Source of the DNA: Phyllobates terribilis
Lineage: Eukaryota
Reading direction: 5' to 3'
Assembly: GCF_046119375.1 (NCBI RefSeq)
Contig: NW_027362764.1
Coordinates: forward strand, 206,522,001-206,586,000
Length of the DNA stretch: 64,000 bases
Numbering within the stretch: the stretch's first letter is position 1; each line of letters starts with the position of its first letter. Of this stretch, positions 47,528-62,868 are shown in pieces. The notes under the pieces were generated by a model. It saw only the letters and a list, made by a program, of their open reading frames with translations, ran no database searches and had not been told where the DNA came from. The position numbers and the translations under genes were made by a program.

Positions 47528-48445
47528 CTAGCACAGTTGGGGTTCACTGTTTGAGGGGTCGGCACTCACAGTGTAGATGGTCTGGGTGTACATTGAGACC
47601 AGGCGACTATACCCACACTCCATGGGCTCCATAGTCAGGGGGCAGTTAGCAACCACATATCCAGGCCCCTGACACCGCCAGCACCTAATGGTGGGAGTAC
47701 TGTTAGTTCTTATGACTGTTTGGGAGGGAACCGGTCTCCTGCCACTCTCACTCCGGGGTACCCCTTCAGCATGGGTACGGTGCTGACTGTCCTCAGAAGA
47801 GGGACGCGGCCCCTTTCCCTGTTCCTGGGTTGGCAGGGATCGGCATGACAGCCGCGAGGGGGCAGAGTCCCGGATAAAGTCCTGAGTGGCCAAGTAGTGC
47901 TTGATCAGGCTGACCACTTGGTTGAGGGTGCCGGGGTCCCCTTGCCCCACCCAACATTGGATAGCAGCTGGCAGAGTCCTCATCAGCCGGTCGACCACCA
48001 CCTTCTCCACCATCTGGGCTGGAGTCAAAGACTCAGGCTGGAGCCACCTCTTTATCAGCTGGAAAAGATCATAAGCCTGAGACCGGGCGGGTCGGGTCTC
48101 CACAAAGGCCCATGAAAATACACGCTGAGCCCTCACGTATGTATTGACCCCCAGCCAGGCAAGGATCTCACTTTTGAGTCTCTGGTAGTCCTGGGTGTCC
48201 TCCCGACTGAGGTCAAAGTAGGCCTTCTGGGCATTGCCGACCAAAAAAGGAGTTACCACTTCTGCCCACTGGCTGGCTGGTAGGTTTTCCCGCTCTGCCA
48301 TGCGTTCATAAATGGTCAGGAAGGTTTCCACGTCGTCCTCCGGTCCCATCTTCCTCAACGCTGAGCAAACCTTGTCCCGGGCCTCTCGACGTTCCGGGAT
48401 CGGCATTGTGGCTGTTTCCCACAGGGCAGCAATCTGTTGTAGCAT
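47528..48445 (-). CDS. Gmr1-like gag with SCAN-like capsid domain and degenerate CCHC
   Basis: KMGPEDDVETFLTIYERMA...RWLQPESLTPAQMVEKVVVDRL; CWRCQGPGYVVANC. Confidence 0.82.
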   Translation of the reverse strand: MLQQIAALWETATMPIPERREARDKVCSALRKMGPEDDVETFLTIYERMAERENLPASQWAEVVTPFLVGNAQKAYFDLSREDTQDYQRLKSEILAWLGVNTYVRAQRVFSWAFVETRPARSQAYDLFQLIKRWLQPESLTPAQMVEKVVVDRLMRTLPAAIQCWVGQGDPGTLNQVVSLIKHYLATQDFIRDSAPSRLSCRSLPTQEQGKGPRPSSEDSQHRTHAEGVPRSESGRRPVPSQTVIRTNSTPTIRCWRCQGPGYVVANCPLTMEPMECGYSRLVSMYTQTIYTVSADPSNSEPQLC

Positions 48446-48693
48446 CAGTTCATTTGTTTTTTGCTGCTGCTGATACAGTAGCTGCTGCTGCTGATTGTGC
48501 TGCTGTTCCCGCTCCTGCCGTTTGAGATTCTGGTGCTGCTCCTGCTGTTGCCGCTGAGACTGCAGCTGCTGCTGCTAGGTAAGTACCAACTGCTTTAACA
48601 GATCCTCCGTTCGGTCCACGGGGTGGAGCTGAAAGGTGGCAGGCTGGATTGTGGCCATGCAGCTGCGGGTGGGGGTATGCCTCAGTCACAATT

Positions 48694-48709
48694 CCCGCAT
48701 TCTCCACCA
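48694..48709 (-). promoter_or_regulatory. Primer-binding site complementary to tRNA-Ala 3' end
   Basis: Minus strand TGGTGGAGAATGCGGG, 3 nt from the LTR edge; matches ...CCCGCATTCTCCACCA of vertebrate tRNA-Ala as recalled. Confidence 0.8.
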
Positions 48710-50100
48710 AGCTGTAGGGAGGCAGTGTTCACACCATGCAGTAACTGAGGCAGTGACCCAAGCAAGTTCAACATAAGCAGCTTTTATTCAGCAGGCTCAC
48801 GGGTAACCAGAAAAGTCCTCCGGTTCACAGCCGGGTTAACACAAGTCAAAAACAACGGTTGCCAGGCCACTGAAAGCCTGACGGGTGCAGAACCTTCCCA
48901 GGCATGGGTTCAGCTACTCACAAATCCGCCGAGCTTTCCTGCTATGCTCCTAGCAGGTCCCAACACTGAACAACACTAATACTTAATGCAGGATTTTTAA
49001 AGGAACTGTGGCAAGAGCCACTGGAAAACCTGGGTTGGAGGGAGGAGACCACCCCACTGCTTTCCTGTAGCCTCCTCCAAGAAATGAAGGCCCTGGTAAT
49101 CTGCCTTAGCCAGGTAGTCTGACCAGACCAATGCTCACCTTCATTCCTGCATTGCAGCTGCAGCTGTGTCTGTGACTGCAATGCACTCCAATGGGTTTAA
49201 TAGGTCTCTGTACACATTCTGGGGGATATATACCGTCTCTCGTATACGATCCCTGTTACTGCCTCACACAGTATAGATTCTTTTCCTCGCTATTTCTCTT
49301 GCCTAGTCTTGTTTCATCACAATTTTATGATATATTATTAAGCAATGTTATTTATTCTCACTACAATGATTTGCTTTTAACTTATTCAATATTAACATGT
49401 GACCGATGTGCACACCAGAGCATTATTCTGCATAGACGTCTCATTTTACAATGCCTTATGTGCTGCCAGCAAAATCCTACAGCTTATTATATTTAATTAG
49501 GCTACTGATGTGCACACCGGAATGGCCTGCTATTTAGGTGCACTAGTAGAGTAACAATAACATCATGCTAGTAGCATAGGTTCAAAGTACATAGTCAGGA
49601 GCGGAGAGATCAGACTGAACGAGAAGACAAGCAGGGTCGGAATCGGGAGAGACAAACAACAAAACTCCTTGACTGGTAACTAGAAGCGAATTGCATTCTT
49701 GAACCAGAGCTCAGGCAAGGAATAGCGGGAGGAGCTACCTAATATATGCCCTTGATAGGCCAGGGAAGTAGAATGCTGCAGCCAGGTGGAGACAGTAGGA
49801 AGCTGCAGCAGTGCTGGGAGTGTTGCAAGAGGCAACTGTGTGAGATAGCCTGATACGAGGAGAAGCAGAGCGGTGACTGCAGTGAGTAGGATGGTGCTGA
49901 CAAGTTACCAGCAGGAAACTGCTTATAATATCAGTGATGTTTTATGATATGTTTTATACCTTGTCATGACCTAAAGAAAAATTACAATGAGAATGTTGCA
50001 TAAATATGCTGACGTGAATCTTGCTTTATATTTTCTTGGTCCTGGATTGCCAAGGACGGCAATCATTCCAGAGGCCGTCTGTGTAATTGAGTGACATTTA

Positions 50101-51685
<1,585 letters not shown>

Positions 51686-51909
51686 TACATGTTGTTTGAT
51701 GTTTATGCAATAGATTTATGTGATTTGATACTATCTTCCTGTATAGAGCTATGGAGATTAGGTAGCTGTAAAAAAAGAGTTCGCAATTAACCAGCTCAGA
51801 TGGGGAAAGAACTTGCAGGGGAACAAGGGGGAAGTTATTTCTTGGATTTAGGCAGTTGGAGTTAGTAAGTAGTAAATTAAGAAGGTGACATTGCCAGACC
51901 ATCATACAG

Positions 51910-51948
51910 GTGTGTGTGTGTGTCTGTGTGTGTGTGTGTGTGTGTGTG
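51910..51948 (+). repeat. (TG)n microsatellite
   Basis: Direct reading, one interruption. Confidence 0.95.
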
Positions 51949-52681
51949 ATGGTTAAGGAGGAGATCTGGAAATACAGGTAGCAAGTCCTGAAAGTAACAG
52001 AAGAAAAAATGGCAGAGAGACCAGAAGACAGGCGGCAAGCAGGGGATCCTCGTGTGATCGAGACAAAGAAATAGTAGACAGGAAAGTTCAGCTTCTGAAG
52101 TACAGAGCCAAACGTTTTAAGAAGGTAGCTGTGGGTTAGTGGGAACCCTAAGACAGCACAGTGGAACAAAGGGACAGAGGCTGACATGTAGGCCAGATCT
52201 GGAAGCAATGGTGAGCAAATACTGGGCTTGCAATGGTGTGACATGTGTACTGTAAGGGGCAGAGCTCAGAAAAAGACGAGCTGAAGATTGAGTGCCCTGT
52301 TGATGTCTATTGTGTACTGTGTCTTTTATTAGATCACACCCCTTTCAGACAAGCCATGCTCCATTGTGTTGTAGAAACTTTGTGTATTTTCAACAACAAA
52401 TATAGTGCACATGATAAATGACACCTGATGGTGCAAATTGTTCTAGAATTCTGGAGTATTTCATTTGATACATCTCCCACAATGTTTTCTGACCCTAATT
52501 TTTTACTTGGCATTTCAGCATGGCCACATCTTTTTGTGGTTAGCCATGTTGTCAATAGTTTATGACGTGTAGTCAAATTGAATTTTCATCAACAGATATA
52601 AGTGCTTCTTTCTTCTGTTAATGTTTCTGAAGCAAGTGCAACAGTAGGTTCAATTTTGTCTGTGTGTCACTGGGTGATAAG

Positions 52682-53446
52682 ACTGACCGGCACTTCTAAA
52701 ACAAGAAATAGGTATGAACAGGTGCTTGCTAGGAGCAGTTACCTCCATGTATAACTAACAAACAAAGTAGAACACTGCAACACTAAGTATGCGAACATGA
52801 AATATATGAAATTTGATTAGCTTTACTGCTCTAGAAAATATAAACAAATGAGAAATATTAGCCCATAAATTGTATAAGCTTTGACTGAGTACTCCACCAG
52901 GCAGGTTCCTGGTATGATGAGAAACGCCTTAACGTGGCTACCAGGTACACATGAATTGGTCAATATTTCTCATTTGTTTCTATTTTCTAGAGCAGTAATG
53001 CTATTCAAATTTGATATATTTCACATTCGCATACTTAGCGTTGCAGTGTGCTACTTTGTTTGTTAGTTATTTATGGAGGTAGCTGCTTTTAGCAAGCACC
53101 TGTACACACCTATTTCTTGTTTTGGAAGTGCCGGTCAGTTTTTTCTATTTCTATGTATAAGCTTTGACTGAGCACTCCGCCTCTAGGCCACAGGTGGTTT
53201 TAATTGCAGCAGGATCTTGCATTCCCACACATAAGCAGATTTTTGTCTCTTAGAGAGGAGTTCACACAGGCGGATTCCTGGTATGACGAGAAATGACTTA
53301 ATGTGGCTACCACGTACACAAGAATTGGCCAATTTATGCGCTAAGAATTCTCATTTGTGTCTATTTTCTAGAGCAGTAATGCGATCCAAATTTCATATAT
53401 TTCATGTTCGCATACTTAGCGTTGCAGTGTGCTACTTTGTTTGTTA
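52682..53446. repeat. Inverted plus direct duplication of one repeat segment
   Basis: 52682-52859 is the reverse complement of 52962-53139; 52872-53064 recurs directly at 53155-53446 with an insertion. Confidence 0.85.
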
Positions 53447-54599
53447 CTGGTGATAAGAATCCTATATAGCTCTAGTTAAAGAACAGTCCATTATGAGCAA
53501 TAAATGCAATACTGCCCCTTTGATCTTCATTTATGCACTCCACTCCCCTCAATCCAGCAAACACTTCTGTGTGTTTTGATTTGTCAATCACAACTGGCTT
53601 GTTGTGTTTCTTAGACCTACACAGTTAGATTTCACAATTTGTCCGTAATTGTTAATGCAATAGGTGAAACCCATTTAAGAGAACCAACATGATCAATTAT
53701 GTATTGTAACAGTTTCTGTATGTCCTGTGATACATTATCTCTCAATGTGAAAATCAATAAGTGTAATTTTTCTTGGACAGGAGGCACATTCAGTCGACAT
53801 TTCATTATGTTAATGAGGTAAGGTACATATGGCCCCAGCTCTTAAACAATCATATGTTGGTATTTTAAGTAACGTGAGTTTTGGTGCAGACAGTGGCATA
53901 TTGCTGTCAATATTGCATATTCCTTTTAAATATTCAGAATAATAATTTCTTGCACATAGTATACTTTACCTTAAACTAACTACTACTAATTGAAAATCTT
54001 GTTGTTTTATTTCTTTCCAGGCCTGTACTGGATGTGCAGATTGAACAGGTGATGTGGAACAATGACTTATTATCTGTGCTTCTTTCATAGCTGATTCAGT
54101 CTGGCTAGTAAGAGTAATAGCTTTCTGTATCTGTCAAAGAAGTAGTAGTTTCTTCTATGAGCTGATCTCTGATTATTATATCTTCCATGTTCCCAAATTC
54201 ACATGTGATTACCTTTTCTCTTAGGACAGTGATGTACTTTTCTGGAGAGTCACCTTCTTCTGCCCACACGGTTGGAATTTATAGCACTCAGCCACTACAT
54301 TAACCTTAGGAAAGAAAAAGTTTTTAGGTTCTGCAAAAACAATGAACCTCAGCAAGGCTAATTTTGGTCTGCTAAAGGGATGGTCTTTATGCTATAAACT
54401 GTGTCCTCTAAAATAAAAGGACCCAAAGCAAATGGGAAACTTTTATAAGCATCCTGAATAAGACCTGTTCTCAATATACAGTATAATCTATGGAAATAAT
54501 CAATTTAGGAAAAAAACTGTCATGGTTAAATAGAGCTGTAAGGGACACAATACATGTCAACAAGAAAGAATTTAGAGAAATAAAGCAAGAAGATAGTGA

Positions 54600-55195
54600 C
54601 GAGATATTAAGAAATTCTAGAGATAAAAATAAAATGTTTAAAAAACAAAATCAAGGCAGTAAAGATTGAGAGAGACTCATTGCCAAGGAAAGTAAGAATA
54701 ATCAAAAAAAGTTTCTTAAAAAAAAGAAGAGTCTCAAAAATGATAGTGTTGGCCTCCTGGAAAATAATCTGGGCGAAATGATGGAAGAGGATGAGGGAAA
54801 GGTCAATCTAAAAAAACATCTTCTTTTCTGCTGTATTTACACAGGAAAATCTAATGGCAGATGCACATACTTAGAGATATTATAAATTTGCCATCAACTG
54901 TCAAGAAGCATGGTGCCATCTCCTAAACAATAAGCTAAACAAATCAGCAGGACTGAATGGCATACACCCCCAATATCTGTAGTAATTAAGTACTGTGGTA
55001 GACAGACCATTATTTGTAATATTTAATGATTCTATAATCTCACGCATAGATAATGAGTTGCTAATAATAAAAAAGGCGTAAAAAAAAACGAGCCTGATAA
55101 CAATAGGCAAGTAAATTTAACCTCGACTGTGGGAAAAATATTTGGGGGTTTTCTAAGAGATGAAGAGATGAAGAGATGCTATACAGGAGTCAAGA
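54600..55195 (+). mobile_element. Decayed CR1 ORF2 fragment
   Basis: Remnants of KSAGLNGIHP (KSPGPDGIHP), VVDRPLFVIFNDS and LTSTVGKIF. Confidence 0.75.
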
Positions 55196-55499
55196 CAGAT
55201 TCTAGTGTCTCAGCTGCCTGACGCAAAAAGTAAAGAGCCCCCCACCTCCCAAAAAAAAACATTAAAAAGAAAAAAATTGTGGGAAAGCGTAAATTGTTAC
55301 AGTTGAACAATAAATTCCCGCATGATTGGTGGCAGAGATGAAGTCTGTAGAAAAAATTGGGTTGCCTGCACACCATCGGTATAGCGAATATTGGTGATCG
55401 TGGGTTCCAGTGATGATATTTCCTGTCAGGCCGTGTCGGTGTTCATGATGTCATACAACTGCTTGTCTGGGGCGGATGGACCTCTGATGTCTCACACCT

Positions 55500-57520
55500 T
55501 CTGTGTGCTTTGTAAGTTCTAAAGGAGTGAATATACACATCTTTGTATACATATTTTATTTTATTTCATCCCACATAGGCATATGTGTATGGCATATGCA
55601 CATATGTATGTGTTTATATACTATTATATTATATATGAGTATACTTTATACAGTTATTATCATTCCTTATGCAATCTGCTGCCTTCTTTCCCTGATCCTG
55701 TCTGTCACTTTCATCACGTCTCACATTGTTTTTCACCCCTTTCCCGTCTTTCCTCCCCTCTTTATCCCTAATTTCCCCTCACTACGTGTCACCCCATTAA
55801 GTTTGTGTCACATTGCTTTTCTGTGCATCACTTCCCTCACACTCACTCACTTCATATCCCCTTACTTACTCTACATAATGATATATATCTAATATTACTT
55901 GTAAATTGAATTTCTGGGTGATTTATTTGGACATGATGCATTCTACCCTTATCATGGTCACTTATATGATTAACATCCACACTCATACACTCCTCACTCT
56001 CTGTTTCACTCACCCCATATTACTAGCATTACCCTTATCATTACCCTCATTATGGTCTTTACATTTTTATATGATTTGATATCCACACCCATACACTTCT
56101 TCATTCTCCTTCTCACACACCCCACACCACCAGTATGTCTATATTCATTCACACTATCCTTTTCTCCTTTACCACCTCCCTTTTTCACTTCAAATATACA
56201 CTTTAATCATTTTCCTATCATTAATATTCTCATCATCATTACATTCCTGTTGTCATCTATTCACTTTATATTTCTTTTAACTGTGTGTGATGCACTGTTT
56301 AGATGTACTTAAATGGTTCATAATCATATATATACTGTATATATTTATTTTTACCCTCACTTTTATTTTACTCTACAACATATCTTACTCCCTATCTAAC
56401 CATATTTTTTTGTCTTATTGGGTTGTATATCATGCCCTTTTCAATGTTACACCACAACTACATTTATTTTAGTTCACCACATGAATATCCACTCATTAGT
56501 CTCTGGTCCCATACAACCATCAATAGCCACACGTCACACAGATGTAGGCTTATGTGGCTCAATACCCTTTCCCTACATTGGCTCAAATACCCATTCCTCA
56601 CATTGTGGTTCATATGTGGCTTAATACCTTATTTTTATATTGTCCATAGGACCTGACCGGACACGCGTGAATGTGCTGATTGTGTCCTGGCTGCTGGCTG
56701 GCTCCTGCATCTTTATGTTTCCAGGATGTCGGGTCACTTGACGTGGGCACCCGCAACTTCCAGGTTCCTCCTGGCAGCGCGTGCGGCAACCTCCTCCCCG
56801 ATCCTCTCCGATTGGCCTCGTTACCCCCTTTTAAATCCCGTTGTTTATACTGGATGCTACCCCCTGACAAAGGACCCTCAATCCAAAATGCATACCGGGG
56901 TGTGTGCCGCACCCATTCTGTAGCTCACTTTAGGTAAATCAGCATTGTTCCTCCCTATGACTGTCATTATTTGACTACTGTACATATATATAGGATGACG
57001 TTTCTGGGTTACATGTGACATCATTATGTGATAAATCTCGCTAAATACTGAGTACTTACTGCACATATTATTCAATACCTGCAGGCATTTTACATGTATA
57101 TCAAGTGTGGTTAGTCATCATGTCAGTGACATTTCAATCTGTAGACCTTGCTCACTTTACTCCATTCTACAGTTACAAATATTTTCTTAAGTTGCAGGAA
57201 CATTGTAGCATATAGAGATTATTATACTCATACACACTACATGTGCTCGGTGATTTGACTATATATATTGTTTGAGCTGCAACAGCACTACAATATTTTC
57301 TGTGGTTATACATGCTATATGTAATCTAGTCACACTAGTTGCATTGTGTATGTTATAGTACACTTTCTGTCTTTTGTTTTATATCATCTTGTAGTGCACA
57401 TATGGAATCTATTTCCTAGGTGGTCCTTATGCATCTATTTGATTATTATACATTGTGTGATTTTTTTTATTTGAGTTTGTATGTAGTACCACCTAACCAA
57501 TTGTCCAATAAAAGTTTTTT
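55500..57520 (+). mobile_element. Probable Penelope-like element 3' tail/pseudo-LTR remnant
   Basis: Pyrimidine/T-rich tract, GC-rich block 56650-56860, hammerhead remnant, AATAAAA at ~57508; no RT or GIY-YIG recognised. Confidence 0.45.
56860..56900 (+). ncRNA. CpG-decayed minimal hammerhead motif
   Basis: CCCC-CTGACAA-AGGA-ccctcaa-TCC-AAAA-TGCATA-cc-GGGG; reverting CpG transitions gives CTGACGA-A-GGA...TCC-GAAA-CGCGTA. Confidence 0.55.
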
Positions 57521-58176
57521 TATCTTTCCCAATAACTTTGTGCTTTCATTTTTTTGGACCCCATGTTCGGTTTTTACCCCTTGTTGTTAGTTAGCTAAAG
57601 AAGCAGAAAGCCAAACAGGGGTGAGTACTTTCCTGACACATTACAGTGTTGTCAAACTAGTTAAATGCCATCAGGTAGATTGGCATTGGTATACCCGGGA
57701 AGACAAACGAACACACGCACACCAGGTTGGCTTTCAGGAGAGTTTCATTTATTATGACAATGGACCATTATTTATAGGGGGGCCTGGTTACAAAAAAGAT
57801 TGCTTAACTACCATGTAATTATTGGCTTGAATATTGGTAAAAAATAATGGCTTGGCAGAGACAACAGAACAATTTCTTAATTTCTTCATAAATTGCAATT
57901 ATGGCGCCCATGTGGTGCTTGGAATAAGGTGTCAAAATCCACCATAAACAGTTTGTCCTTGGCAGAAATAGAAGTTTGTGTTTTCCCATGATTTTTCAGA
58001 AAAGGGGAATTTTATGTCCATTTGTACAGTCAAACGCCCATCTGGTCAAGGCCAAATATTACTCAACAATTGCACAAACAAGGATGTCATGGAGACACAG
58101 ATGATAACCACAAGAATATGTTCAAAATTCAATTTTAAACTTAAGAAAGGAAATTAATTATTTCTTTCACAACGTA

Positions 58177-58410
58177 CCCTGCAGAAGAATGGCCTGCATG
58201 AATGTCATCAACAACAGAGGCCTCTCCTAAAGCCAATGAACATAAAAGCCTGCCTACAATTTCCCAGGGCCCATGCTGAAAATATGAATACTACTGGGAC
58301 TCTGTACTATTAAGTGATAAGACCAAGATAAATGTTTTTGGAACTGATGACTTCAAAACTGTATAGTGTGGTGAAGATGAGGAGAACCAAGAAAAATGCA
58401 TGGTGCCTAC
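58177..58410 (+). mobile_element. Decayed Tc1 internal fragment
   Basis: Remnants of LQKNGLH, KACLQF, DKTKINVFG. Confidence 0.7.
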
Positions 58411-59121
58411 ATACCATTTTAGGATAGTGTGAGTTTATCAGAGCTCACAGCTCAGCAACAGAGATAGAAAGAGAAAGCCCTAAAACATTGGACAAATAGT
58501 CTAGACAGTAATGTGGTATCTAACTGCAGCACTGAAGATGAGAGTTGTAGTCTGGGAATAATACACAGATTCAATTGATGGGGGAGAGAAATTTAGGAGA
58601 GGTGCTAGCATCAGCAGTGCCATACTCAGAGTGACTGATCAGTGATATGGAGTAACTGGTATATTTTATACACTATATAATATATTACAAGTCAAATTTT
58701 GTGAAATACACAGGTCCCGGCAACTTTACACAATTTGCAATTTGATTCGCATGAATCGCCAAAATAATGCTGCCTTTTTACACATTGCAAATGATTATGA
58801 CAGTCACAGAATTCTCACATGACCTCAGGTATGTATGCACAGGCTTTCCCATAATGCCTTAAAGCTATTACATCATATTGTATAGGGCAAATGCAATGAA
58901 ACTGGCATTTCATACATTGATTATAAATCACAGTTTGTGGGGTTAAATATGCCAAATCTGAAAAGGGGCACACACCACTCATTAAAATACTTGCATCTTT
59001 GTCTGCCCATGGACCAGAAATTTTAATTTATGCCATTGTGCATGCATAGATTTGCGCACTAATTTATACCACTTATTACTTACTAATTATTGGTTCTCTG
59101 CTCTTCCGTTGCACTGCATAG

Positions 59122-59290
59122 CTGGCCCGGTGCAGCTTCTTCCAACAGTGAGCAGAAATCAGAGGACACTGTGAATGCAGAGGACTTCCAGGGCCTGGTT
59201 GCGGCCAGAGCCAAAGATGTGGCACAACGAAGGCACAGAAAACTGGACAGTGGGCAGGAAGCATGGGTGGCCCAAGAGATGAACGATGAG
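59122..59290 (+). CDS. Candidate internal coding exon of an unidentified host gene (169 nt, phase 2 to 0)
   Basis: Branch-like TACTAAT at 59081, pyrimidine tract and TAG acceptor, GAG|GTCAGT donor; open frame WPGAASSNSEQKSEDTVNAEDFQGLVAARAKDVAQRRHRKLDSGQEAWVAQEMNDE; GC-richer than its flanks; not TE-like. Confidence 0.55.
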
Positions 59291-59677
59291 GTCAGTATGA
59301 GGTTTTTCTTTTTTTTTACATCTCAGATTTATAATGCTCTGGGGTCTAGAGAAGCCCTAAAGCATAATAGGGAACAGTCAATTTGAGGAGAAGAACTTCG
59401 GTATGAATCAAATTTTCAGGTAAAATCTGTGCGATTTGGCAAATTTGAATATTGTCAGATCCACTCATTTCTACTGTTAATACAGCCAGCTAAATGTGTA
59501 AAATATTTGTTGGTATTCTGCACCAAGGCACGGAATGAGCATGTTCTCAGGAAGAACTGTTCCACAATAAATTATTTTTATATATCCTAATGCATGCAGC
59601 AACTAGTAAAAAGGCCATCCTTATTGCCAATTGTTACTTTAAGGCAACTTTCTCTTGCAATATATCACATTCATGTA

Positions 59678-61292
<1,615 letters not shown>

Positions 61293-62581
61293 TACATTCT
61301 CATCTACTTCTGCCTCTATGGCATGTATGCCTTTGATGTGAGGATGTATGCCAACAGCTGAATTTTTTATTTAAAAGAGTTAAAAGAAGAAGTATTGTCA
61401 AAAGCAGACAACTTCCTAAATATTTGAATTATTTGAAAAGCAAATGGTCACCGCAAGATGCAGTCATTTGTATTTCAGTATTCACATGAGCCTTGAAGGG
61501 GTTATTCACTATTAGAACAACTCCTTCTTGATCTGAATGTTTGGCCCCAATAAAATAAAAAAGCCTATACTCACCTCTCGTGCTGGCGCCATTCCAACTG
61601 TGTCAGCACTCCTGGTCCCTAGACTCCCACTACGGTTGTGGTGACATAAAAGGATGGGATATCCTAGAAATATTCCATTTATTTACAAGACTGAATGCTC
61701 ATTTAAATAAATGTTATGATTATTTAGTTATACAGCAATGTTCTGAACTTTTATCATGGAACCTAAGTTCTGCTGACATGGCTATCCTGTTTTCTTTGGT
61801 TGTAATTTGAATCAATTATACAGTGGGAACTATTCTGTTTGAAATTTAAATTGAATTCGAGATGCTCATTTGTACATTTAAGTCAAGTGTTTTTTATGTA
61901 AATATATGGCACAGTAAATTGAGACCCCTGTTTTGAACAGTTAAATTTAATTCCTGCCTAAGGGCTTCTTCTTGAGATGAGCATTTAATCACTATATGTT
62001 CCAGAAAGGACTTGGGAATACTGTTCTTTATTTCATCGAAGTATCATGTTCATGAAAGCTTCAGGTTCAAACAAACAGTGAAAGAGATCTTAGACCAAAA
62101 TAAGATATCATCATTGATCAATTTAGAGCTTACACCTTTAAAATCATGACTGAATATTATACTTGGATTATAGGAAGAACCATGTAAAGGAGGGAGAAAG
62201 AAGTTTATGAATCTGCTTTGATTAGTTGTCTAAGGTACTGTACATCAAAACAAGGTGGACATTTTAGATTTTTTAACTTGAATGACTTAAGTATAGAGAA
62301 AAATCATCTCAACTGGCACACATCACGGCTTAATTAATTGAACATTTTTATCTGTAAGTATAGTGGTATGGAAAGCAAAAAAAAAGTTTAAAAAATAAAT
62401 CACAAAAATAGCACTAAGCTGACAGATGGTATTGTGTATTTTAAATTAATAAAATGGGTACAATGAGTGTTTAACCCAAATATCAAAGATATCAACAGAA
62501 ATAGTTGCCTCTATAGTATGATCTGTCATATATTACTTAATATGGCCAACACGAAAAAATTGCAGCAAAAATCAATCTTTT

Positions 62582-62800
62582 AGGTTACGTTCCCATGATC
62601 AGGAAGTAGCAGCGCTTTGGACTCAGCGTATATATGCTGCGTACAAAGCGCTGCGTTGTTATCAGTTGAATCCGCATGTGTTCACTGAACCATGCATATT
62701 TAACGCATCCTATCCATTTTTTCGTGGAAATTTTTGTTGCAGCGACCAGAGTCTCCGCAACAGAAATTGACATGCTGCGGCTCCTAAAGCCGCGCCACTG
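62582..62800. mobile_element. Harbinger-type MITE fragment
   Basis: TA|GGTTACGTTCCCAT end with internal palindromes (cagcgctttg...caaagcgctg). Confidence 0.5.
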
Positions 62801-62868
62801 TGATACCCTGAAAAATGATTGTAAAGAAGTAAATAAACAAAATACTATTATACTAAAAATATAAAATA

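Larger units (their letters stand above)
46840..49180 (-). mobile_element. Gmr1-like Gypsy (LTR-PBS-gag/SCAN-PR-IN start), 3' truncated
   Basis: LTR edge at 48713, PBS, SCAN-like gag, ALLDSGS protease at ~47490, then QLVVPQSYRRAVLEMAHTH integrase zinc-domain start at ~46845-46900 with no RT between. Confidence 0.85.

Noticed and set aside
48694-48709. tRNA gene
   Set aside because: Only 16 nt matching a tRNA 3' end including CCA, next to an LTR; it is a PBS.
48450-48710. Ala-rich 86-aa ORF
   Set aside because: Alternative frame over the CAG-rich leader of the Gmr1-like gag.
52908-52945. Hammerhead or C/D snoRNA (CCTGGT-ATGATGA-GAAAC...TACCAGG stem)
   Set aside because: No stem II between TGATGA and GAAA, core C missing, stem III misregistered; no box D (CTGA) before the 3' stem.
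55503-56656. Hydrophobic ORFs resembling membrane proteins
   Set aside because: T/C-rich low-complexity tract; overlapping frames have the same bias and no motifs.
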